From Diplonema japonicum (Eukaryota; Protista; Euglenozoa: Diplonemea), in the NCBI GenBank assembly GCA_964019335.1, contig OZ025711.1, positions 434,001-498,000 of the forward strand: DNA of 64,000 bases, in the 5' to 3' direction. The notes beneath the pieces are model-generated. The model was not told where the DNA came from. It did not search any database and saw only the letters and a list, made by a program, of their open reading frames with translations. Made by a program: the position numbers and the translations under genes. Positions 45,195-54,431 of the stretch are shown one piece after another. The number at the start of each line of letters is the position of its first letter. Position 1 is the first letter of the stretch.

Positions 45195-45379
45195 CTAAGC
45201 ATAAGGCTGGTGTGTCATTAAAGTGACACGCGACTGTCCGTAAAGGCTTTCCAGCGTCGTTGACTGAGGTGTGCCATCACTCCTGCATTTCTTTCCTCTC
45301 CCCCCCCAAAAAAAAGCATACGCAAAGGTTGTCGGATGGCTGTCAATACTCACGGGGGAGTCTGTTCCAATCACGTGAA

Positions 45380-45417
<38 letters not shown>

Positions 45418-46265
45418 CCCAAGTCACATCACACCAGCTGTGTATGTCCGGACTTCAAAGTAGCAAGCTGCAGCTCGGCGGCAGTGGCTTGCGCTCGCAG
45501 CCTGTTCGCATTCTGCTCGGCCAGCAAAAGCTGGGCATCTCCCTTCTGGAACGACCCATTCAACGCCGCATCTTGCGGCAGAACAAGCGTCTGCGGGCTA
45601 TCGACAAGCCACAACGGAGGCTCCGACGGTGTGGACTGAGGTGTCCCAACAAGAATCGGCAGCTGCGTGGCAACCTGAAACGAAGGGGCCAACACCATAT
45701 GCGACACTACCCTAGGGCCGACCTCCATAAACGGCGGTGTGGCGGGCAGGCTAATGGGAGTCGTCTGCATAGAGCTCCCTTCACGCGATGCGGTATTTGG
45801 AATATTATCGTGCTTATATTTACACAGATCCCCTCTGTTACATGTCCCAGCCATCCAGTCCCTGCAGGACGGGGTTACCTTTTTCGGCCCGGTCCCCACG
45901 TGGGCGAATTTGCACCGATCACCCCTGTTGCACTTTCCTGACGAGAAGTCTTTACATGGGACATTTGATTTCACGACTACGTACGGCTCACCGTTCTCGT
46001 CTAATCGATCGCCGTTTCTCTCGCTTTGTGTTGGGCCTGTGTGCGCGAAGCCGCAGGTTACGCCTCTGTTGCAGAATCCTCTCGCCCAATGCCGGCAGAC
46101 ATCTGTTTTTTTGCTCTTTGCCGGTTGTTCCTGCACCTCGGATGCGGTTTGTCGCACGTTGTTCTCCAGCTCGATCGCCTCGTCGCCGCTTAGCGGCACA
46201 TAAGTACATGACGCCGCGATCAAGGAAGCAGCTTGCATTGGGTTCCCTTCATCAACAACAGCCAT
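45195..46265 (-). CDS. CCCH zinc-finger (3x) RNA-binding protein, 2-3 exons
   Basis: Three C-x7-C-x5-C-x3-H fingers. Intron 45381-45434 removes the apparent stop; a second 39-nt in-frame intron 45283-45321 is likely. Confidence 0.85.
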
Positions 46266-46366
46266 CCTGAGACGCTGGTGGAACCTGGAGGGGAAATGGT
46301 TTTACTATCGTTTTGTTATTTCTGGGGGGGGGGGTAAAATAGAATAAAATAAAGTAAAAACGTTGT

Positions 46367-47440
46367 TTACAGCTTCCCGTTCTGCGTGAATAGTGTGTCG
46401 GTGCCTGTTCCCTCCAACGCGCTGTCGACGAATGCTTTGCTCTCCGGACTGAGCGCAGCGTACGACCTGCGCAGCTCTGTGAGGCATTTAGCTTGGTACT
46501 TGAAAGCAGGTTGCTCCCAAACCCCGTTAGGTGTGCGGATAACCGCGGTTTTTCTGTTCGCGATCCTGGCCTCATGTTGCCCGAGAAGAAGCGGGGCATA
46601 GGTAGACCCCATGAGGGTGAACAGAGGCCGCAGCGTGGGTGTAGTGTCGTGCCAGTCCTCGGGGAAGACAGAGAGCCCCGAGAGGTCCATCATGTTCCAG
46701 ATCCACGCAACAAGATTCGGAGCAGTGTCGGCTGCCATCTTGGCAGGCGTGGGGTCGAACAAGACCAGCTGCGACAACTGCCCGAACAACGCGAAGTCTG
46801 CAGCAGACGGACGGTCTCCAAACATGAACTTCGCTTTGTAAAGGTGCTCCTTCAACACCGTCAGTAACTGTGCGTAAGATGATTCGATGATCTTGGCTGA
46901 TTGCGGGTTGCTCCCTACGATGCCAAGCCTGCCCACCTGCCTCTGCCCCACCAGCCGGGCGACGCTGTTCTGCATCTTGTCGTTTTTCACGGAGACCGCG
47001 AAGTTCGGCAACACTGCCGCGGCCTTCCTCGCATCCTCGTCACACACCCAACGGTAGTGGAACATGCATTTCGTGCCCCATTCATCAGCAAAATCCTCCA
47101 CAAGATCGCATAGAAACCTCATTCCAGGGTGCGGTGGGTACAACGACCTCTCAGGTGTGTCCAGATCTCTTAATACAAAAGTGCTATCTCCCACAGCTTT
47201 CCCCCCGGGCAGGATAACATTCGGAAGCAAAGGCGGACCCGGGGGGCGGTTGAACCCTTTGTCGTCAGGGCCGCCCCTTACAATGTTGCGAAAACTCTTT
47301 CTCTGGTATGTGAAAGCAGCACGCACTTTCAGTGTGTAAGGCGATCCGGGAGAACCCAGCACGAGAAGCGTCTTCCCGTCGGTCGGGGGTGCCTCTCTGG
47401 GTACACCTTTATCACCGTCACCGTGTATAATACCCGCCAT
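46367..47440 (-). CDS. Glutathione S-transferase family protein, bacterial-type
   Basis: GSPYTLKVRA, LLP..., DST, DEWGTKCMFHYRW, FMFGDRPSAADFALFGQL. Start placed at MAGIIHG (47440). Confidence 0.8.
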   Translation of the reverse strand: MAGIIHGDGDKGVPREAPPTDGKTLLVLGSPGSPYTLKVRAAFTYQRKSFRNIVRGGPDDKGFNRPPGPPLLPNVILPGGKAVGDSTFVLRDLDTPERSLYPPHPGMRFLCDLVEDFADEWGTKCMFHYRWVCDEDARKAAAVLPNFAVSVKNDKMQNSVARLVGQRQVGRLGIVGSNPQSAKIIESSYAQLLTVLKEHLYKAKFMFGDRPSAADFALFGQLSQLVLFDPTPAKMAADTAPNLVAWIWNMMDLSGLSVFPEDWHDTTPTLRPLFTLMGSTYAPLLLGQHEARIANRKTAVIRTPNGVWEQPAFKYQAKCLTELRRSYAALSPESKAFVDSALEGTGTDTLFTQNGKL

Positions 47441-47517
47441 GTGTCCCTTTTGTTGTGGAGTGAAAGTGAAATCTAAAAGGGAAGCTAAATAAAAAGGAAG
47501 AAGAAACATGAAATTGA

Positions 47518-50100
47518 TCACCAGACATTGATCGAGTTGCTCTTGCTGAACAAGCTGCGTTCCGGTGCGTTGTGGATGTTGAGCCTGATAGAGTTCGCTT
47601 CTTCCAACAGGAGACGGAAGTACTCCCCGAACACAGCGTCGGGGTCTCTCAGGTGACCGCGTGCAAGGTCTAAAATCTTGGGGAGATGAACTTCAATCAT
47701 TGTGATGGCGTGGTGGCCCAGTCCGCACAGCAGGTGGTACAAAAGAGACGCTGCTCCGCGTCGGCACAATTTTGATTTGTCAAGGGCAATGACATCGAAA
47801 GTGAGCTGACAGACGGTGTCGAGGTGCTCGCTGAGAGACCAAATGGAGTGTGTTGCAAGTGATGCCAAGCCTTGCATGGCGCTGGCCCTAACCAGTTCTG
47901 TCTCTCTTGCGTGGCATCGTTGCAGCAATGCTTCGGCAACACCAGGTCGAAGACCCTCTCCCGCCCGCCACACACAGTAGACAAGCACATCACACAGTTT
48001 CACAACACGGTCCTCCTCCGCAGCCTTGTCCAACAGCCTGTGGTCTCGTAACTGCAGCTTCGGACGGCTTTCGTATTTCCCGTTGTTTCTCACCTTTCGC
48101 ATCCTTGCTTTTCTGATGGATTCAGCCTTCCTCTCTTCTTCTGACACATACGGTCGATAATGCTCGAGGAGGAAGGGGAGCGTCATTTCAGAGAACGCAT
48201 CTGACATGGCGACCAGCCCGTTGATGGCAGGGAGGAACAAGAACGATTCAGTATCGTTGACATATGCTGTGAAGGCATCAAAGATGGATGAGAAGTTGGA
48301 GAGTGTAGTTTCTCTATGCGTCTGCTCCAAGACAAAGTGCTTTAGAGCGATCAAGGCATGGCCTTTGAAGGCTGTCTCGGTGGATGTGAGGTCGCCAAAG
48401 ATGGAAGTCAGTAGCTCCTCGGACGACTTATGTACGGTCTCCGTGTTCTCTTCTTTATTAAGCCTTGCGTCCAGTCTGTTTAACCCCAGCTTGCATCCCG
48501 CGATCATCTGTCCGATTTCCGGCTCGGGGCTGTTGAGCTTCCCAACCACCTCCTTCAGTTCAATGATTTTTCTCCTGTCAACAGAAACAATAAGCTTGTC
48601 CGTCAAAGCAAGCTCCAAGAGACTGAGCCCGATGGTCATGCCCTCTAATGGGTCCTCCTCTTCACGCATTTCGTCGTTGTCGTCCCCGCTTCGGAGCTGC
48701 AATAAGAAGAGGACAAGCGTGATGGCTTGGTCGCCGTTTTTGAGGCATTTCACGCCTAACTTCTCGATTAGCCTACACGCAAGTGTAAGGATGTTGGTGT
48801 CAGTTGGGTTGCTTTTATGCTCCGAAAGGAGGTCCATGAGCAGGTCTCCAGGAAGATGCGACTTCTCCGAAAGCGAACAGAGAAGGTGAACGATAGCTGA
48901 AACCGAGTCAACAGGGGGAATGGTGCCGTACGAGATGCAGACACCCCCTGTCGGGGACGGGGTGAAGTAGTAACCTTCTGCATCTGTGGACAGCATAGGA
49001 AGGCCTTTAATGCCATGGGAAGCTGCGGCAGATAGAATGTGAGACAGAAGAACAAGCCGGGATTTTTCGGGGTCGGAGTTGACTAATTTTTGGAGCACCT
49101 CAAAGAGAGCATTCTTCACGAGAAGCGCTGACTGGAAGACTGACGCGTGCATCTTGAGCAACGCACCCATGAACTCCCCGAACATGGTGAAAACCATGTC
49201 CTTTCTTACCTCAAAGATCATCCGGTGCATTCGCTCCACCGACTCCGCTACTTGTACCGCCTCGTGTTTGTTCGCCATGAGGAACGGCTTCACCATCGGC
49301 CGGATAAGATGCTTCCTAGATAGGTTCAGGTGCTTCTCGGTAAGCTTCACCATGAGAAGCGGGACGAAGGTATGAAAGTGTGGTGCACGCCACGTCTTAA
49401 GATCGGACCAGAGAGATTGAACCTGCGGGGCGAGCAACCGATAGTGCTGCTCCGAGGTGTGGATAGTACTAGGGCACTTCGCAACGGCGTTTACAATCCG
49501 GGAATAGCCGCCTTCCTCTGTTTCTGGAACGCCTGTTAGCAGTGTGTCTGCAAGAACTCGAATGCCATGGAATCGAACCACCACCCTGTCGAGGAGGTCG
49601 GAGAGGTGTTTTGGGTACATGGATATCCCCTTGAAGGGATCTTGAGTGATCGCGCGTGCAGAAAGCAAAGCAGGGATGAGGTATGTGGGGTGAACTGTGT
49701 CTATCAGTTCAGTGAAGAGTTTTTCCGCTTCTTGTTTTTCGTCAATCGTGAGCCATCGGAGTGCAGCGTCAACAGGTGTCAGGCCTATTTGACCAGGTTG
49801 CGACCATGTCGTCGGCCCTGGAACGGACTGTGGAATTTCTTTTTGCGTCACCTTATACTGTAAATGCAGCAACCCTGTCACCACAACCCCCAGGTATCCC
49901 CGTGCCATCGCCAGTTTTGCGTCGCCGCTGGTCATGAACTGTATTTCATCCCATATTTCCCTTTCCGAACTGTTTTCCCTCACTGCTTTTTCCAATGCTT
50001 CTCCCGCCTCTTTAACCCTTTTTGCGATGTCGAAAAAATCGCCTGAAACCGACGCAGTGACCCCCTCTGACTCTTCCTTTGTTGGGGCTTCTTTCACCAT
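47518..50100 (-). CDS. TANGO6/Rtp1-like HEAT/ARM repeat protein
   Basis: KGHALIAL...DTESFLFLPAINGLVAMSD and VRASAMQGLA...CRRGAASLL resemble Rtp1 C-terminal motifs. Confidence 0.7.
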   Translation of the reverse strand: MVKEAPTKEESEGVTASVSGDFFDIAKRVKEAGEALEKAVRENSSEREIWDEIQFMTSGDAKLAMARGYLGVVVTGLLHLQYKVTQKEIPQSVPGPTTWSQPGQIGLTPVDAALRWLTIDEKQEAEKLFTELIDTVHPTYLIPALLSARAITQDPFKGISMYPKHLSDLLDRVVVRFHGIRVLADTLLTGVPETEEGGYSRIVNAVAKCPSTIHTSEQHYRLLAPQVQSLWSDLKTWRAPHFHTFVPLLMVKLTEKHLNLSRKHLIRPMVKPFLMANKHEAVQVAESVERMHRMIFEVRKDMVFTMFGEFMGALLKMHASVFQSALLVKNALFEVLQKLVNSDPEKSRLVLLSHILSAAASHGIKGLPMLSTDAEGYYFTPSPTGGVCISYGTIPPVDSVSAIVHLLCSLSEKSHLPGDLLMDLLSEHKSNPTDTNILTLACRLIEKLGVKCLKNGDQAITLVLFLLQLRSGDDNDEMREEEDPLEGMTIGLSLLELALTDKLIVSVDRRKIIELKEVVGKLNSPEPEIGQMIAGCKLGLNRLDARLNKEENTETVHKSSEELLTSIFGDLTSTETAFKGHALIALKHFVLEQTHRETTLSNFSSIFDAFTAYVNDTESFLFLPAINGLVAMSDAFSEMTLPFLLEHYRPYVSEEERKAESIRKARMRKVRNNGKYESRPKLQLRDHRLLDKAAEEDRVVKLCDVLVYCVWRAGEGLRPGVAEALLQRCHARETELVRASAMQGLASLATHSIWSLSEHLDTVCQLTFDVIALDKSKLCRRGAASLLYHLLCGLGHHAITMIEVHLPKILDLARGHLRDPDAVFGEYFRLLLEEANSIRLNIHNAPERSLFSKSNSINVW

Positions 50101-50309
50101 TCTCTCGCTTTTTTCTTTCTTTCTTCCCTGTTATTTACCTTGGGGAAAGGAAACGAGGGGGGACAAAAAGAGGAATAAAGACACTAAAAAAATGGGATAA
50201 GAATAATAAAGAGGTGAAATAATAAAAGGAGCAAAGAAGATAATCGAAAAAAGGTGAATGGGGGGGTTTCTAAGGTTTTTTTTTTTCTTCATGCCTTCTA
50301 ATAGCGATC

Positions 50310-51269
50310 TTATTTCCTCCGCTTTTTAGGCTCCTCCTCAGTGGAGGACGAGTCAGAGTCTGGAGCCGGTCGCTTTGCAGCCTTTTTGGGGGCTTTCTTC
50401 CCGACCTTCTTGGCGGCTTTCTTCGGAGGTTCCTCTTCAGTTTCGTCAGAGGAGGAAGGGCTGTCTTCTTTTTTTTTAGAGGACTTCTTCTTGTCACGGT
50501 TCTCTTTAACAACTTTGGCGGTGTTGCGCTTCCCTGCTGTGAGGTAGTAAACATTGCCAACATCTTCGATGTGCTGTTTGCTGAGCATTTTGCAGCTCGG
50601 GATGAACTTCTGGACAGGGAGCTTTGACTCAATCAGGTCGAAGATGACGGTTTTGAGAGCCTGGAGGGTATGGACATTGTCCTTGTCGCCCTCGAAATCT
50701 TCGACAATGATCGCGTTCTTGGGATTGAGCCGGACACAGTCGGGAGTGTTTTCTACAATAAGAACACTGTCAAGGTCGCGTCCCAGTTGTCTGAGGTCTT
50801 TTGTGTAGTCCTCCTCGTCAAACCAGTTATCGTTCCTGCTGATGAGGTGCTGGATGATCCCAGAAGGCGACTTGCCCCACACCTTCTTCTCAAGTTCGAC
50901 TGTGACAGCCTTCGCGTAGTCACGAACACCAGCAGTCCACAATGCGACCTCTGTTTTTTTACCCAGGCTTCTAAGCAACTCTTCAGCATGAGGACGCATC
51001 ATCAAAGGGCCTTCCCTTGCGTAGACAATCGTCTCATCCAAGTCAAACACGACCAAGAGTTTTTCCTCTGCGCCTTCTTCGAGCCGCGGGATTAACGTTG
51101 ATTCATTCCTGCCTTTCAACATCGTGGGGAGCCTCTCCATCAGCTTCTTGTCTTTTTTCCTCCCATATGCAGAGATAAAGCTCTTCCCCCTGAGTTCAAT
51201 CCCCTTCTTGTCCTCTTCGGAGCATGACTCACTCCCTTCTGTGGTCAACGACGGAGATAGCTTCCCCAT
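50310..51269 (-). CDS. NIF/FCP1-family HAD phosphatase (CTD small phosphatase-like) with Lys-rich tail
   Basis: VFDLDETIV, RPH, WTAG, YTKDLRQLGRDL, VENTP. Start placed at MGKLSPS; upstream ORF extension is homopolymer noise. Confidence 0.88.
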   Translation of the reverse strand: MGKLSPSLTTEGSESCSEEDKKGIELRGKSFISAYGRKKDKKLMERLPTMLKGRNESTLIPRLEEGAEEKLLVVFDLDETIVYAREGPLMMRPHAEELLRSLGKKTEVALWTAGVRDYAKAVTVELEKKVWGKSPSGIIQHLISRNDNWFDEEDYTKDLRQLGRDLDSVLIVENTPDCVRLNPKNAIIVEDFEGDKDNVHTLQALKTVIFDLIESKLPVQKFIPSCKMLSKQHIEDVGNVYYLTAGKRNTAKVVKENRDKKKSSKKKEDSPSSSDETEEEPPKKAAKKVGKKAPKKAAKRPAPDSDSSSTEEEPKKRRK

Positions 51270-51822
51270 TTTTTTTGTTTTGTTTTGTTTCCCCCCTGTT
51301 CTTTTTTTTCTTTTCCCCCCCAGACAGATTCCCCTCTTTCGCAAGAATATGAACGAAGTTTGTTGGATATCGGGGAAAGAAGAAAGTAATAAAGAAAAAA
51401 AATACTTCGGGGAAGGGTTGAACGCAAAATAAAAAAAAAAAAAACAAAAAACAAGGGGGAAACACAAACAAGTGGGCAACGGGGGGTCGTTTCTCATTAT
51501 TTTTCCCCCCATATCAGATTTTGTAATTGAGAAGAAACAGAGGGTTGGGGTCTCGTGCATTTTTTTCTTCTTTTGCCCACATGCCCACAAGCACACGTGA
51601 CATACAAGTGAAAGAAAGTTAAAAAAAAGGAAAAGGAAAAAGAAAAAGAACGAAGAAGAATATTTTATTCGGAAAAGATAAGGGGGGGGGGGGGGGGGGG
51701 GAGATAGCAACACTATTCTGTTCTCTGCTTCCTCAATACATGCACAATCCCGCTGGAGGCGCCCCACACTAAGGTACCAAGAGAGAAACAATAAAAGGGG
51801 GAAAAGACACCGGTCTATCGGT

Positions 51823-52081
51823 CTATTCCGTGTTCAAGTTACGCTCAGGGAGGAGCAGCGGGTTCATCTGCGCCATGTACACTGTTGCCCATGACAGCCA
51901 GCAGCAGAAAGCCGCAGTGATCGCCAGCACCTTCACTAAACCTGTGTAGATAAAAAATATTTATCATGTTTGCTCAAAAGTACATACTTGTGTGCTTACC
52001 GGCCCACATAGCCGCAGTACCGAACCCAACCGCGCCCAGGAAAGCATAGATGATGCTGCCAATTAGAAAAGTAGGTGCCAT
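51823..52081 (-). CDS. V-type ATPase V0 subunit e (70 aa), 2 exons; not in ORF track
   Basis: Splicing intron 51942-51987 (GTATGT...ACACAG) gives [70 protein letters not shown]; [17 protein letters not shown] is the subunit e signature. Confidence 0.9.
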
Positions 52082-52365
52082 TTTCTTTTTCTTTTTTTAA
52101 TGTCAACCCTTAAAGATCATTTGTTTAAACGTGTGTGCGAACGGAATGTTTTTAAGAGTAATAAAATAACTCATTACGCTGTCATCAACTAGTTTAGGCT
52201 CGACAATAATATTAGTAAAACAAAAAATATAAGAGACAAAGGACGCCAGTGTTGGTGGCGCCTTGCACAAGTTAAGATGCAGTACAGCTTCTTACCGAAA
52301 AAACCTCAGGTTTCGAATATGGCAAATCCACCTTTTCCCCCAGAATAGCTTGATTTCGCTGGGGT

Positions 52366-52371
52366 AAAAAA
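52366..52371 (-). terminator. RNA polymerase III terminator (T6)
   Basis: TTTTTT immediately 3' of the tRNA on the minus strand. Confidence 0.75.
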
Positions 52372-52443
52372 GGGCTCGGCCGGGAATTGAACCCGGGACC
52401 TCTCGCACCCTAAGCGAGAATCATGCCACTAGACCACCGAGCC
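52372..52443 (-). tRNA. tRNA-Pro (anticodon AGG)
   Basis: GGCTCGG/CCGAGCC acceptor stem, TGGTCTAGTGG D-loop, CTCGC-TTAGGGT-GCGAG anticodon arm, GGTTCAATTCC T-loop. Confidence 0.97.
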
Positions 52444-52554
52444 GACGAAAACTTTTGGGGTTCATTTTCGTATTTGTCCTCAGACACGATAATACAACCC
52501 CGCCCTGCAAATAACTGAAAAAGAGCCATGGAAAAAAGCTCAGTGTGTTGTGTG

Positions 52555-53301
52555 TTATTTGGCCTTGCCTTTTTTCGCTGAATCTTCAACTTGTGCCCGG
52601 AGCTGTCTCTGCCACTCCTCTTCTTCTTTTGCTTTGTGCCATTCATCGTCCTCTTGCGTGACTCTTTTCAAAGCCTCGCGTTCCTCTTCCTTCCTCGCCT
52701 GCAGGACCTTCTCCGTTCTTTTTATGAGGGGTTTGCCTATTCCCTCCGCCTTTTCCTTCATGATCTGTTCCTTGAGCGGCATCATGATCTCTTTGATGGA
52801 TTCTATTTCTTCTTCCAGGCCGATGCGCTGAAGACGGAGTTCAAGGACTTTGTTGTGTGTTTCTGGAGAGATTCCCAACGGACATTTCAGCTCAGGAGCA
52901 GTGTTATCGTCTTCAGAAGCAGCTCGGTTGTGCTTGAAGGCAGAAGTCAGGATTTTCATAATGACTTCAGAAGCGTTGCCAAGTAATTCCCTGTACTCTC
53001 TGCTATCAGGTGTGTGGGGAAGGCCCCCACTGGAGTTTGCACTCTCTGGACGATCACTCAGTATTTTCTTGAACCGAGCCGAGACCTTCTTTCTGCTATC
53101 TTCCAATGGCGTAAGCTGTTCTTCCAGCTTCCGGATCTTGCTGGCCTTCAGTGCGCAATCTTCCACCCGTTTGCACAACTCTTCGAGCTTTACCTCTAAC
53201 GCTCTTGTTTCTTCCTTTGCCGCCTCAAGGTCGGCATCTGCTTGGGAACGTGGCCGGGTTGTTTCATCTTTTACAAGTTCATCTTTCTTTTTAGGAGGCA
53301 T
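52555..53301 (-). CDS. Coiled-coil protein, partial resemblance to CFAP44 C-terminal region
   Basis: 248 aa charged helical ORF; CPLGISPETHNKVLELRLQRIGLEE recalls a CFAP44 coiled-coil motif (from memory). Confidence 0.6.
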   Translation of the reverse strand: MPPKKKDELVKDETTRPRSQADADLEAAKEETRALEVKLEELCKRVEDCALKASKIRKLEEQLTPLEDSRKKVSARFKKILSDRPESANSSGGLPHTPDSREYRELLGNASEVIMKILTSAFKHNRAASEDDNTAPELKCPLGISPETHNKVLELRLQRIGLEEEIESIKEIMMPLKEQIMKEKAEGIGKPLIKRTEKVLQARKEEEREALKRVTQEDDEWHKAKEEEEWQRQLRAQVEDSAKKGKAK

Positions 53302-54431
53302 TTTCCCTCGTCTCCCGGTTTGTGTAAGGAGTGTGGTGCCCTATTCGGTTGTAGTTAATGTTTTAAAGTAGAGGGTAGAGGGGGAATGTCGAAATGAAAG
53401 TCGGTGTTGGGCAGGGTAGGGGGGTTAACCAGTACAATAAGGGGGAGTGGGAATGGGAAGGATTAAACGGGATTAAAAGAAATCGAGCTCTGCTCTCTTC
53501 TTTTCTCACCCTCCTTTTAAGAAAAGAAAAAGAAAGGGTATGAGTGATCGAATTTTCTTCTTTCTTTCTTTATTTCTTCCTTCTTTACCTATTCTTTCAA
53601 GCGAGGGGAGAAGCGATCAGGGGGGACACCTTTCCCTTCTCCTCTATGAGGGTATTTTTATCCCTTCGGGTTTTTTTTTTAAAAATCGAAACGAAAGGAC
53701 ATGCCAAATGTTTATAAAGAAGGGGGGAAAGTCATTTGAGTTCACCCAACCAGTCTCAGTTCATAGAGAGTGAAGAAAAATGACAACACAGCAGATGAAA
53801 AAAAGAAGGAAAAAAAAAATAAAAAATACAAGGAGAAAAAAAAAAGGCACCCCTCCCTTTTTCTCCTTCTCCTTCATGGACCCCATACACTGAGGCCCAA
53901 TCGGGCCTCGAAGATAAAAAAAAAAAAAAAAAAAAAAAAACGAAGCTATTTGGATGTGAGCCAGCACGATTTTATAGCAGTGACCTGAAACATGTTACTG
54001 TATAAATTCGACCACTCCCAAACTTTAACAAAGAAAAAGAGGGGGGATCCACTTAAGAAGAGGGGTAATAATCGATGCGATGTCATGGAAGAAGAAGAAA
54101 AAGAATAGGCGAGTTATTCTTTGATTGTGCACAATGGGTACAAACATTTTACCTAATAAAGAGATTATTTGTAACCATAACAAAAAACAAGGTGTTTTTA
54201 GTTTACGAAAAGAAGGGGGGAAAAAAAGGAAAAGACGAATTCTTCTTCATTTCCCCCCTCTCATTGCTTTACAGGCAAAAAAAGGGATTTCTCCGAGCTC
54301 CAGCTTATAAAACCACAGCAAAAAAGGAAAATATAATATTAACCCAGGGAGAGGTTTTCGTTTCTTATTCTTTTTTTTTTTTTTCACACTAACGTCTGTA
54401 AGAAAAAAAAGAAAGAAAAAAAAGGTTGTCG

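Noticed and set aside
51270-51791. N-terminal extension of the NIF phosphatase in the ORF track
   Set aside because: Low-complexity intergenic sequence that is open by chance.
52444-52554. snRNA divergently linked to the tRNA, as in trypanosomatids
   Set aside because: No recognisable U-snRNA or 7SL sequence, and the space is short.
53893-53910. GAGGCCC-AATC-GGGCCTC hairpin as a terminator
   Set aside because: An isolated 7-bp stem is expected by chance, and intrinsic terminators do not apply to this eukaryotic locus.
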